The notes under the pieces: generated by a model
What the model saw: the letters and a program-made list of their open reading frames with translations, nothing else
Databases searched by the model: none
What the model was told of the DNA's origin: nothing
Shown: positions 39,270 through 56,569 of the stretch, piece after piece
How the letters are laid out: every line of letters begins with the position of its first letter
Position numbering within the stretch: position 1 is the first letter of the stretch
NCBI RefSeq assembly: GCF_009914755.1
Contig: NC_060939.1
From: the human T2T-CHM13v2.0 reference genome, Homo sapiens
Reading direction: 5' to 3' (one strand)
DNA: 64,000 nucleotides
Made by a program: the position numbers and the translations under genes

Positions 39270-40200
39270 GCGGGATGGCCACAGGGAGATGCACCATACG
39301 CGGAAACACTACGTGCAGCCGACCTGGCCTTTGGGGAGGCGGGCAGGCGCAGAGGGACAGAGTCAGAGTGTTCCAGGCACAGTGCGTTCCTCCAAATCAC
39401 GCTGACGCACACGCGCGTCCCTAGCTGACACCTGAGCACGTGGGCGCTGGCTGGGCGGCCTGCAGAGCTCACATCCTCCACCCCGACCTCGATCCCCTCG
39501 GGAGCACCCACAGGGCACCCGGGTCAGGGAGGCCACGAGGGGCAGTCACCCCGCAAGGAAGGAGGCCAAGGGGAAGGAGAGGAGCCCTCTGTGACCCTGA
39601 GAGAAGCCCCGAGATCTGCGGGGGTCCCAGCGCTCCTGCGCCCCCTCTCCCCTGGGCTGCTGTGAGGCTGGAGACAGGCTGCAGTAAACTCCACCTTTGT
39701 GTCGCCGGCGCCGTGAACCCTCAAAGCAGGCTTTCGCGTAAGTCCCGACGGTCTGTCCTCACCCAGCTGTGTGTGTTTCTCACACAGCTGTTATCTTGTG
39801 CTCCGAAACCCCAAGCCCGCCACGGCGGTGCTTCCGCGGGCCCACAGCTGCCCTCCTCTCCTGGCACCGCCAGCCACCCCTCCCGCTCCAGGACGCCTGT
39901 GCAGGGGACCCTGCCTCAGAAAGTGTCGCTTGGGAGATGGAAATGAAGACTGAAGGAACTTCCAACTCCCACCTACTCTCTAGGAGGCACTTTCTTTTTG
40001 TTTTGTTTTTGTTGTTGTTTTGTTGAGATGGAGTCTTGCTCTGTTGCCCCGGAGGCACTTTCTATTACTGAGAAGAAAACCCTGGAAAGTCCCGGGCTTC
40101 CCCCAGGAGCTTGGAACTCCCCTCGCCCCCTGCTTCCTGCCCTCCATCCCCCAGGAGCGGGTCCCTGCGGCCTAGCGGGAGTGGAGAGCGAGGCTTAGGT
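39270..40200. promoter_or_regulatory. Intronic GC/CpG-rich island-like segment
   Basis: Dense unmutated CpGs against a CpG-depleted background; CACGTG at 39437 and a TGACG half-site near 39404. Confidence 0.6.
39996..40050 (-). mobile_element. Extremely 5'-truncated Alu (~27 bp body plus tail)
   Basis: Perfect 13 bp TSD ggaggcactttct at 39983-39995 and 40051-40063. Confidence 0.9.
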
Positions 40201-41384
40201 CCTTAGTGATGGCTTCAAGGCCTGGGAACCCCAGGTCCTGGTTTTTAAACTCTGGACAAACTGCACTCGCATTACCCTGGCTCACTCTTGTGCTCAGGAA
40301 TTAATTTTTAATATCTGCATAGCATTTCTTACCTATAAGAATGTGTCTTCTTGTTCTAAAAGAATTTTTACATGAATATTTCATGTGATGGTATTGTATA
40401 GTATTGTAAGTCACTTTTCTTCTTTTCTCATTAGAATAACCTGTAGCATAGAAACTCTTCCATATGTAAGAAATTGGTCTTAGCTTTTAATGAGGGGATT
40501 TTTAAAAATAGTGCAGTGTGCTGGCTATTTGTCAAGAAAACATTACATTTAACATGATGCCTGCAGATAAGTTTAAACTCTCTCCTTTCCCTTTATTCAG
40601 CTTCCCTGTGAATCCAAGTCATAGCTCCCGTTCTCATTTCCTTTCGCCTCTGAACCTTTGTGGAGATACCGTCCTGCCGGAGCAGCAACAAGGGAAGCCA
40701 GCCCACAGTGCATTGTTCAGCTCCCTCGCTCGCTCCAAAATCCACCCGACCCAGCCCCAGGAGGACCAGAGCAGGGCCCACTGCAGCAGATTCAGGTGGA
40801 CGGGGCAGAAGTGAGCAGTGCTGTTGGCTGGGAGCGCTGGGGGACAGAGAAAGACTCCCGACCATGCTGGGGCCTAAGAGAACCAGAAGAGATGCGCAGA
40901 TGAGCTTTGGAGGACGGAAGAACTGCACACTACAGTGCGGGGTGTATCCTTGGCCCAGACACAGGGCAATTTCAGGGAACTCTACTAGGGAGGTGCGGGG
41001 GTGGCTGAGAATGGCAGCCCCAGAGAAGAAGAGGGAGCTCAGTCCTACCTGGGCCAGCTCAGTGGCTGGGCTGGAGACACGAGCTGACACATGGAGCAGC
41101 AGCTCAGCCCCTCACTGATCATGGGGCTTGGTTAAGTGTATAAAGTTCCTTCTACTGCCAACAGTCTATCCTCCCCAACTCCTGGGGATACTCCAGCACA
41201 AACTGGGGAACACCAAGTTGCAAAGTACAAGGACAAGGCCAGGAACCCTAGGCAACAACTCCTCATATTCCCAGCACCCCCCACCTCCTCAAGCTTGCCT
41301 GGGTAGGCCTCTGAAATCTCCATGGACCTGGCCTGTGGCCACCACAGCACAGTTTGTTGATTAACATACAGTGGTTCCCTTTTA

Positions 41385-42291
<907 letters not shown>

Positions 42292-43289
42292 TCACACCTA
42301 CAGAGCTAGTGCAAACGCTATCAGGAGCGGAAATGTCACATGTATCAGCTGAGGAAAATCCCCTCTGAAAATAACCATGAAGCATGTAGAAGAAAACTAC
42401 AAGCCCACACTTCAAAATGAATTCGCCATGCCCACGCCTCAAGCAAGCATCAAAAATACAAACCCACCTTAAATCAGAGATTTGAAAACAGAAATGGGCA
42501 AATAACAGGGAGAAATAAAAAGTTGATTGAACTCAAGGATGAGGTAACCAAGTTTTCTCAGAAATAAGGGGTTGTTTAATGGGTACAAAAAATAGGGTTA
42601 GTTAGAAGTAATAAGTTCTAGTGTTTGATAGCATGATAGGGCCACTATAATTAACAATAACTTATTGTATATTTTAAAATAACTGGAAGAAAGGACTTGG
42701 AATGTTCCCAAAACAAGTAACAATAAATGTTTGAGGTTATGGATATCCTAATTACCCTGATTTCATCATTACATATTGTATTATTGTATCAAAATATCAC
42801 ATGTCCCCCATAAATATGCAACAACTATTATGTACTCAGAGAAATCACTTTACAAAAGAAATGAGAAATAAATTAAAAGATGCCCAAAAGACAATAGACA
42901 AAAATGAAAATATAACAAGGGTCACTAAATAAAGATATCAAAGCAAGTAAGAGAATAAAAATGAATAAGTAAATAGATAAATTAAAAGGGCAGAGATAGT
43001 AGTGGAAATGGAACCCGGGCAATGAAGGAATAATATTTGTTTATTGGAGTCCTTAAGGGAAAAAAACAAATAGTAGAATGAAGCTAATATTTAAAACTAA
43101 AATCTCTGTTACATGTTCTAGTAAAACTATAAGATTTCAAGGAAGAAGATAAAAATCATCAAGGCCGCACGCAAAACAATCAGACTGACATCAGGTCTTC
43201 CAAAATCAAGATATAAACAAAACGACAATGGAGCAATATTTTTAAAAATAAGTCAATGAAAAAAAAAAGTGTAACAAAGGATTCCAATC

Positions 43290-43666
43290 CAGCCAACTTA
43301 CAAAGAACAGTTTATTTGGCTCATGGTTCTGTAGCCTCTGAAAGTAGAGGCAGACACCAACATCCACTCAGCTTCTGGTGAGGGCCTCAGGCTGCTCCCA
43401 CTTGTTGGGGAAGGTAAAGGGGACCCAGGGCATGCTGAGATCACATGGCAAAAGAGGAAGCAAGAGAGTGGGAGGCGCCAGGCTCTTTTAACAACCAGCT
43501 CTCACAAGGACTAATAGAGTGAGAACTCATTACCACAAAGATGGCACCATGCCATTCAGAAGGGATCCGCCACCATGACCCAAACACCTCCCATCAGGCC
43601 CCACCTCCAACACTGCGATCAAATTTCAACATAAGGTTTGAAGGGGACAAATATCCAAAACATAGC
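43290..43666 (-). mobile_element. MST (MaLR) LTR
   Basis: tttatttggctcatggttctg...ggggacaaatatccaaaacatagca. Confidence 0.85.
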
Positions 43667-44996
43667 AATTAATAACTTCCGTAAAGTAGAAATATTTTGA
43701 AATACAAAAACCTCTTTGCTGCCAGTGCAACCAAGCTAGAAAATTACTAAGAAAAACAAAAAACAGAAAGGTCCTTCTGCCAGGAAAGTTAAAAATGTTC
43801 TATTGAAACAATTCTTGTGGGAAATAGAAACAGAAATTACAATTTTTAAAAAATGATGAAAACACTACATATCAAAATTTAAGGGATGCATTTAAAGCAG
43901 TAATCAGAGGAAAATCATTGCACAAAACACATTTAATAACAACACTGAAAAAAAGATTAAATATCCAATTCTAAAAACTAGAAAAAAACAAAGTCCACCA
44001 AATAAAGGAGGGAGATAATGAAGTTAAAGCAGAAATTAATGACATGGAGAATATAAAAACAGTATATTAATTAACCAACTCCCAGTTGTTGTTTTGAAAA
44101 AAATTAACAAGATGGACAAACCACAATCTAACTTGATTAAGGGGAAAAGGGGGAAAAAGCACAAATATTCAAAATAAGAAAGAACAACAAGGAAATAATC
44201 ATTGAAACAGAAGTAAAATTTAAATCATAAATGACTAATTTGGAAACTTCTGTGAAAATAAATTTTAAACCCTAGGTGAAATGGATAGTTCCCTAGAGAA
44301 ATACAGATTGCCAATATTGACCCCATCTGATTTAGAAAGCTTAAACAGACCTATTTCCAAAGAAATAAAAAGTTATTGAAGAAATAACTAGCCCACTCCC
44401 AAAAAAGAGCCAGGCCAAGATGGTCTCACAGGGGAATTGTATCAAGCCCTCAAAAACCAGATAGTCACAATTATCTATAAATTATTTCAGATTATTGAAA
44501 AGAAGGTAAATTTTCCTAACTCCCTTTATGAAGCAAGTGTGACAATGATACCTAAACCACGTAAAGACTCATTAAGAAAAAAAAAGAGTACTACAGAAAA
44601 GTATTACTTATGAATATCATGAATTACTAATAAATATCAATGCCAAATAGAAAATGAAATATTAGCAAAAAGACCACCACATTAAGAAAATAATAAATCA
44701 TAAAAAAGATAATTCATTCCAGAATTCAAGGTTGGTTCAATATTAGGAAATTCATTAGTACCATACACTCTATTAATAGATCTAAGTGAAAAATAATATG
44801 ATGATCTCCATAAATACTAGGGGGAAAAAATCTTTGTCAAATTTCAACACCCATTCTTGCTTAAAACACTCAAGAAAGTAGGAATTGGTGGATACTTTGT
44901 TAATGTGATAAAAAATTACATTAGGTATATATATCTAATCCTAAAGCCAGTATCATATTTAATAGAGAAATACTAAAGGCATTTCCACTATGTCAG

Positions 44997-45540
44997 TGTG
45001 TCAGAATCTCCAAGACCATCCTGACACTTGGAGATTTTCTAGAGGAATTCTGCGAGTCAGCATGCAGTTGCACACCTGACTACCATTCATTACAGCCATG
45101 AAGTAAGGACACACAGCCAGATCATAAGGGGAAAAGACGAATGTGGAGTCCACGTGAGTACAGATCCATGTGAGGCTTCCTTCTCGCTCTTCCTCCCATG
45201 GTGGGGGCTCACAGAGTGCCCCAGCAATGAAAATGTAGCAACATGTGTGTGATGTTCCTGCCCAGAGAAGCCCATTAGAGACTCAGGTTTTTATTGGGGT
45301 CTGACACATAAACATCCTCTGCCTAACATATACCAAAATTCCAGACTCCCAGAAAGAAAACAGGTGTTTAGCATAAATCAAATTGTTTGCATAAACAGTC
45401 TAGGCACAGTAAACTGTCCTTATTAGTTAGATAATGGTGGGAATACTTCTGAAATTTGAGTTCCCAGATGCCAGCCAAGGACTAACCTGGCAAGTAGACC
45501 TTTCTAAGCATGGCATTCATAGGCCTGCTGTGTTTACCCT
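44997..45540. mobile_element. MER21-like LTR
   Basis: ccaagaccatcc...ccagactcccagaaagaaaacaggtgtttagcataaa...ttcccagatgccagccaagg. Confidence 0.7.
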
Positions 45541-47194
45541 TTATTTCTGCTACTATTTAACATTAGACAGGGATATCAACTAAGGATAAATTAACTTATA
45601 AAAACCAATGGCCTCTATATACACAAAAAAATAAACAGTAGAGAACTTACTGTCAAAGAAAACCACATGCATAATATCAACAAAGATTAAATATTTTATA
45701 ATACCTTTAACAAAAAATGTGCAAAAATTATACAACACAATTTTAAAACATTCCTGAAAGACACAGAAGTAGACTTGATCAAATACAAAGACACATCCTG
45801 TTCTCAGATTAAATTAATTAACAATATATAGATGACAGCTATTGCCACATTAATGTATGAATTCAATGCAATCTTGATCAAAAATGTCAGCAAGCTATTT
45901 CATAATTGAGTTAGACAAGTTGATACTAATGTTCATAAGAAAAAAGAAATATTAAGAATATCCCAAAAAGCACTGAAAAAGAAAAACTAAAAAGGGGACA
46001 TAACTAGCCCTACCAGACATTAAAACATATTATAAAGCCTCAAACAATTTGATGCTGGTCCATTAACAGACAAATAGACATGTAATATAATAGGAAGTTC
46101 AGAAATAGGACCAAGGACATATGAAAAGCTAATGTAGGATAAAATTGACATCTCAAATCACTGGAGTACAAGTGTCCAGTTTAATAAATGGTACTGGGAC
46201 AACCAGGTAGTCACTTGGAAAAATAAAATAAAATTAGATTCCATATTTCACACTATATGCAAGAAAAAAACCCAAATGTATTAGAGATTTAAATGTAAAA
46301 TAAGATAGCATAGAAGTAATGGGTGATTTTCTATTTAGCCTTTCTATATAAAACTGAAAATCCAGAGACATAACTAGTAAATCTGTCTACATAAAGTGTC
46401 TTAAAATTACATGACCAAAATAAACAAAGACACACTATAAAAAGTCACAAAACAACTAACTAGGAGTAAATAATTGCAGTCTATACCACAAAGAGCTAAT
46501 ATCCCTAATAAATAAAGAACCCTTGAACAGTGTGAAACAAAGACGCAATCGAAAAACAGGACACTGACATGAATGCACAATTAACCAAAAAGGATTCAAA
46601 AATGGCCTTCAAACATGAAAAAAAAAAGTTCAAATTCACTTATCATTAAAGAAATGCAAATGAAAACAGCACTGAGATACTATTTTCATAAAACTGACAA
46701 AATGAAAAATTATGACATTCTGTCAGGCAGACTAGGAAAATGGCCACACTCACATAATGCCAGTGGGAGTATAACCCAGCACAACTCTTGCAGAGGGAAA
46801 TCTGGCAATGAAGAATAAAACATGCACTTACCTTTGACTCTGTGATCTGACTTCTAGAAATATACCCTGAAGGTACACCTCTAACAATACAAAAATATTC
46901 ACCGTAGTGTTGTTTGTAATCACAAAAGACTGGAGACAACCTAAATGCCTCTATGTAGAAGGAAGGTTGAATAAACGATGGCACATTCACAAAATGGGGT
47001 ACTATATAGTTATAAAAAAGAATTGGGAAGATTTCTGTGAACTGATTAGGAGTGATTTCCAAGACATAACATTAAGCTTATAAAAAGCAAAATGTGAAAG
47101 ATTATCTACACTATGTTATTCTTCAAGTAATAAAGAAGGGGATACAAAATAAACAGTTGTATGTGCTTATTTATGTTAAAAAAAAAAAACATAC

Positions 47195-47536
<342 letters not shown>

Positions 47537-47677
47537 TTACAGGAAAGATCTAGGTAAGGTAGAAAGATGAGCAAAGGAGAACAGGATAGTAAGCATGAGG
47601 AGAGAGTGATACTTCCTTTCATATACATTTCTGTATGGCTTTGATTCTTAGAACCATGGTAATGGTTCAAATATCCC

Positions 47678-48326
47678 ATCTTAGTCCATTTATGATGCAA
47701 TAAAGAAATACTTGAGGCTGGGTAATTTAAAGAAAAGAACAGCCTGCGGGCAACATGGCAAAATCCTGTCTCTACAAAAAATACAAAAATTAGCCAGGTG
47801 TGGTGGTATAAGCCTGTAGTCCCAGCTACTTGGGAGGCTGTAGTTAGGAGGATTCCTTGAGCCTGGAAAGGTTGAGGCTGCAGTGATTGTGCCACTGCAC
47901 TTCAAGCACAATAGAATGAGACCCTGTCTCAAGAAGAAAAGAAAAAAGAAAAGAGAAAATAAAAGAGGTTTATTTGGCTCACAGTTCTGCAGGCTGTAGA
48001 ACAAGCATGGCACCAGCATCTGCATCTGACGAGGACCTCCGGCTGCTTCCCCTCATAGTGGAAAGCTGGTGTGCAGAGATCACATGGCAGGAGCAGAAGT
48101 GAGGGAGAAAACAAGAGAGAAGGGGGAGGTGCCAGGCTCTTTTAACAACCAGGTCTCTCACGAAGTAATAGAGTGAGAACTCATTCATTACCATGAGGAT
48201 GGCACCAAGCCATTCTTAGAGGATCCACCCCCCATGACCCAAACACCTTCCATGAGGCCCCACCTTCAACACTAGAGATCAGATTTCAACATGAGATTTG
48301 GAGGGACAAGTATCCAAATCACAGCA
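47678..48326 (-). mobile_element. MST LTR carrying a 5'-truncated AluJ (+, ~47741-47960)
   Basis: MST termini with atccc TSD; the Alu interrupts at aagaaaaga. Confidence 0.85.
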
Positions 48327-49249
48327 ATCCCAGCCCCAATAAGTGCATTACAAATAAATAACATAAACATACTGAAGGCTATGGAGAAGAAAAGAATTAA
48401 TTTAAGAAATTTCAGAAAACCATATTTTGACAGGCTACTGTAAGACTAAAGACAAAAAGAAGTCTACACAAATACTGTAGTTGAGTTAGTAAATCTATTT
48501 CTCACAAATATATGAGTTAGCAATTCTGTAACTACTTTAGGTGTATGCTAGGAATTGAACAAATAAGTGAGTATATATTGTAGACAGTGAGAGCAAGAGG
48601 CAAATCTTATGGTGCTGGATTGGAATTCAGGGAATCAATATGATCTGAAGGTTTTAAACACATAGACGAGTAAATTAATATATAGATACAGATATGGATG
48701 TGTGGATATGGGTGTTGGTATACAAACACATATGCCCAACTATGCTGATTGCGGAGGCCTAGATTCAGCGACATCTAAATTGCTACACACACACCAAGCA
48801 TCCAGATTTTGATTTCTAAACACCATTCCCCAATACAAGGAATGAGAAATCTTTTGAGAGGCAGTTGATTCCAGGGCAAGAGCAGGCAAAATGCAAAATG
48901 ATTCAGGAACATTTTATGATGTGAGAAAATGAAAAACTGATTGAAAATTGATGAGGATGTGTCTAAAGACGACAGGAGCCAAATGGACACCGAAGCTGCT
49001 CCCAGTGGTCAAAACTGGAATAATCTGAGCAACAAAATAAATAACAATAGTACCGACTTACAACACATAGAATAAAATAAACATCCATGAACTTTTACAA
49101 ATGTAAATAAATAAAGGAGAAGGATAGCTCTTCCTTATAGATAAGCTCCAGTTAATAAATGTATTAATAGAAGCAATAAGGATAATACAAAATCATCATT
49201 AGGCAAACTCTACAGTCATAATGATTAGAGGCAAAGAGCTACTGACAAA

Positions 49250-49855
49250 TGCTAAAATCAGTAAGAAAATGTTTGAGGAAAAACACAATGTTAGTATAAT
49301 CTCAAAGTATTTCCCCACAAGATAATTTGCCAGGGCTCCACTTCACAATACAGAAACCTGGCAGACACCACATGAGCCAAGTGATCGATGTTAACACTTT
49401 CAGTAATAGGACATGCCAATGTTTGTACCCCAATATGATGCACTAGACAAGGCACATCACCTCTGTGATCTCGCCAAAACTTCATAGCCTCAAAACTGTC
49501 ATGAGAAAACATGAGACAAACCCAAACTGAGAAATCTCTACAAGGTAACTAACTAATACTTTTCAAAAGGGTCCAGATAGACTAAAGAATTTAGACGAAA
49601 TTCAAGACATATGATAACTAAATGAAATGTGGGATTCTGGATAGAATATTGGACAGAAAAAAAGTCATTAGGAAAAAACTGAAGAAACTGAATAGTATTT
49701 GTAGTTTTAGTAATATTCTACTAATGTTAATTTTCTGGTTTCGATAGTTTTATCACGGTTGTATAATTTTTAACTTAGGGGAAGTTGGGTGATGGGTAAA
49801 TGTGGACTCTCTATACTTTTTTACGATATTTATGTAAGCCCAAAATTCTTTCAAA
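49250..49855 (+). mobile_element. L1MC/MD-type 3' end
   Basis: gaaacctggcagacacca...ctaatgttaattttctggtt...ggggaagttgggtgatgggta. Confidence 0.7.
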
Positions 49856-50227
49856 AGAAAATTTCCTTGTTTCCTTGTTTTTGAAAAAAAAAAGCATTTC
49901 AAAAGAAAGAAGGGAAAGATTAGATATATCAAATACATCATCTTAAAAGTGTTATCCATCATTCTCAAATTATTATAATCCAAAAATGTCTTGCTTGCTC
50001 TCATTCATGATAAACTATTTCTCCACGTGTTTTGCAATTTTAGATTGTGAGCTCATATATGTTGGTTCTGTCTATAGGAATACTGAAGAGAGGTTCCCCT
50101 TATGCTGCTAAATCCTTGTTATAAGAAGAGACTGCTACAACCTGAAAGAAAGTGGGGCCAAAACTGCCATGAAAATCTTCACATACTGTATTTAATGTGC
50201 CCATCAGGTCAGATGAAGACATTTTCT

Positions 50228-52884
<2,657 letters not shown>

Positions 52885-53719
52885 AAGACATTTCCTGCCT
52901 AACAGTTTCATTCTAAAATTTCTTCTTCTAAGGGTAAACATGTTTATATTGATGTTATGTACTCCCTATATCCAAGAATCATCCAGAAATTTTTAAACAT
53001 GAATTTAAAGGACACTTAGCATTTCAAATCCCTATAAAACAAAAGGACAAGTAAAATAACACTCCTTAACACAGGTTATTCATTAACTAACTTTGAAGCC
53101 CTTCTAAATCTGCAGAAACATGCTCCATTATCCAAATTTAGAAATACTCAAAATTGATCTTGAATTTCAGGGGACAAGATGCCTACAGTTTTCATTGTAC
53201 CAACTACTCTATGGTTTGACCAAATTTTCTAGAAGACAATCTGACCTCAGTAACAAAAGTCAGTGCAACATAAATCAATAGACCCAAATGTCTCCAACTG
53301 TTTTCCAAAAAATAGAACACACCTGACCTACTGTATGTGCTTCAGAGTGGGGCCTGTTTCAGAGCCACTGCAACATGACAGAAGAAGGATTTGACCCAAA
53401 ACGTACGCTGGAGAACTCAGGTCCAAAATGGCAGGAAAAGGGCCAGGAAGCCCTCAAAATGTGGAAGAGGTCTTAGGTAGGTGTAAGATAGCAGATGCAA
53501 AACGAGAGATGAAAGCCCAGGGCGTGAAGATGAAGGCAGGCCACTCTGAAGGGAATGGCTGCTTGGGGTAGGGGAGCTGGGTGTGTGAGATCTGTGGGGC
53601 CCAGAGAGTTTGCCTAGGACCTCTGTATACAAACCTTACTCTCTTCTGGGCTAACAGTGAATAGTTTGAACATGAATAGGTTGAATTAAGCTTTTGAATC
53701 AAATTATTACTAAAAATGA

Positions 53720-53970
53720 TAATAATAATAATAGGCTATAGCACTTTTTGAATGCCAACTAGGAGCTCAACATGGAGCTCAGTACTTCTATATGATCTTC
53801 TTGGTTCTCACAAGCAGCGTGATTAATATTAATAGACTATTCTAAAGATAAGAAAATTGAGGCTCAGAGGTATTAAGTAATTTGTCTAAAATTTTAGAAC
53901 TAGGAAGTAGCAAAGCTGAGCTTTGAACATGGATCCATCTGATGTGAAAGCCTGTGCTCATAAACATCAT
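53720..53970. mobile_element. MIR
   Basis: agataagaaaattgaggctcagaggtattaagtaatttgtc core. Confidence 0.75.
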
Positions 53971-54608
53971 GTGAACTATAACCTGTTCGCCTGAATTGGA
54001 AGAGTCCTTCCTGGACTGGTGCGCAGATCTCTGAGCATCCCCACTGGAGTGCTCTCATGGTCCTGTGATATTCATGGCACATGAGAAAGCTTCCAACCCA
54101 TCCATCTCCCCATTATGCCAGAGGCTGCATCCAGCTGCAATGAGGTCTGTAAGCTTGATGATGATGGTCAGACTGCTCATAGAGGGGGGAAGCAAGGTGA
54201 GGACCTGTTACATAAGGATGAGTGGGAGCAAAATGAACAGGAACATCTGAGGATAAAATAACAGAGTTGAAAGCATCCAGGCCTTAAAATGGCTCCTAAT
54301 AGGGCTTTTCCTACTTCAAAAAGGACGGTCAGAGTATCTTGCCCAGTTGATTGTCCCTTTTGGGCCGAAAAGTCTAACACTTTTCAGAAAGAGTGTTAGG
54401 CTGCCCCTCAGGGAAGCCTGGGGAAGGCAAGCATCTGAACTGGCTTCCTTAAGGTTACACCTCATGAAGATTCCATTGTTCCTCAACTCCCCATATTTTA
54501 GACTACTTAAGTTGGAGAATTATTGAACATCTTGCAAAACCACAATTCATACAATGTTACAGGACAAGCAAAGTTAATGCAATAATAATAAGCTCAGCTC
54601 CCTCTTGA

Positions 54609-54888
54609 TTTTTTTTTTTTTTTTTTTTTTGAGACAGAGTCTCACTCTGTCACCTAGGCTGGAATGCAGTGGCATGATCTCGACTCACTGAAACCTCCAC
54701 CTCCTGGATTCAAGTGATTCTCCTGTCTCAGCCTCCCGAGTATCTGGGATTGGCTAATTATTGTATTTTTAGTAGAGACAGGGTTTCACCATGTTGGCCA
54801 GGCTGGTCTCTAAGTCCTGGCCTCATGATCCACCTGCCTCGGCCTCCCAAAGTGCTGGGATTACAGGCGAGAGCCACTGTGTCCAGCA
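54609..54888 (-). mobile_element. Alu (AluS-like, small internal deletion)
   Basis: TSD cctcttga at 54601-54608 and 54889-54896. Confidence 0.93.
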
Positions 54889-55774
54889 CCTCTTGAGTTT
54901 CAAGAAGATATAAGTAATTATGATAGATTAATATATTCTGCTGAGGACCCAAATAAAAACATGAAGGTTGGAAACTGAGGCAAGAATGCATCCCGTAGTT
55001 GTAGTCAGAAATCCTTCCTGTTGGTTTCTGCACAAAAAGTGCCTCTTTCAATTAACGTCCACATCAACAAAGCAGCAACTTTGTTGGGTTGGTTTTGTTG
55101 ACATTAGTTTCAGTCACAAATGAAAATTCTTTGTTTTGTTCTAGTTGAAAACATATTATATCCCTATAGTTTCCAGAACTTTTTTTAATCAACAGAATGA
55201 AATTTTACAAAATTGTATTCTGACTTATCAATATGAATAAAACCAATGCTACATGTACCTGCACTATTGGATACAGGTCCTAAAGGAAGCAGCTGGATAA
55301 ATTGTCCCATTTTAGTGCTCACATGATGAAACTGCCTGATACTTATCATTGGGATACTGCAGCATAACAACGAATAGAATGAGAAGACAGACAAAAGAGA
55401 CTTTCCCAGTGTCAAGGTAACTGAATCAATATTTTCAGTTTGGTTCCCCTAATTGCCTAGGTTAGTACAGATAAAAGAGAAAAATATTAAGAAGCAATTA
55501 GGGAGAGTGAAATAAGCTATAAAGAAGATATACAGAAAAAATTTAAAGAAATCCAACATGATGTATAAATAAAATAGCCAAGACAATAAACATCATATAG
55601 TTCTCCTCAAAGAATCATGATTACTCTCATACCCACAATTATATGAGGAGGTGCTAGGTATTGGGTAGTAAAGACACACAAGAATAGTCCTGATCGATCC
55701 CATAAGCTCCTGGAATATATGCTGAGGACTTCAGCAACTTGGGAGTGCTCTAGGTGGTGCAATTATCCTCTGGC

Positions 55775-56470
55775 CATAATCCTTCATATTTACCCAAACG
55801 ATTTGAAGACTTAGGTCCACACAAAAAGTTGCACATAGACGTTCGTAGCAGCTTTATTTAAAATTGCCAAAACTTGGAAGCAGGCAAGATGTCCTTAAGT
55901 CATGGTGGGTGGACAAATAAAGTGTGGTACATCCAGACAATGGAATGGTATTCAGAGCTAAAAAGAAATGAGCTGTTAAGCCATGAAAAGACAAGAAGGA
56001 AAGTTAAATGCATATTACTAAATGAAAGAGGCCAATGTGAAAAGACCACATACTGTGCTCTTCCAATTATAAGACATTCTGGAAAATTCAAAACTATGGA
56101 GACAGGAATAAGATCAGTGATTTCCAGGGGCTGGGGGAGAAGAAGGGATGAACAAGTGGAGCACAGAGGAATTTTAGGGCAGTGGAACTACTCTGTATGA
56201 TACCATAATGATGGATACATGTCATTATACCTTGTCCAAACCCACAGAATGTACAACACCAAGAACCAAGAATGAGCACTAATATAAACTATGGACTCTG
56301 GATGACTATAATGCATCAATTTAGGTTCATAAATCATAACAACTGTACCACTGTGATGGAGGAAGTTGATAATGGGGGAAGCTATGCATGTGTGGGGGTT
56401 GGAGTATATGGAAAATCTCTTTACTTTCCCCTCAATTTTGCTGTGAACCTAAAACTATTCTTAAAAACTT
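55775..56470 (+). mobile_element. L1MB/MC 3' end
   Basis: aaagtgtggtacatccagacaatggaat...caaacccacagaatgtacaacacc. Confidence 0.85.
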
Positions 56471-56569
56471 AAGACTTAAATAGAGCAATCAACTGGGAAT
56501 TAGTGAAGCCTGAAGGTTGTATGTGATATCAGCAAAGACAGATGCCTTAACAGAGAGGCCAGGGAAAGA

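Noticed and set aside
53171-55416. Apparent plus-strand spliced exons (53171-53332, 55145-55416) encoding an interferon/cytokine-like peptide
   Set aside because: Stop density is near random and the phases did not match. FN3-like motifs continuing across the supposed splice sites explain the region better.
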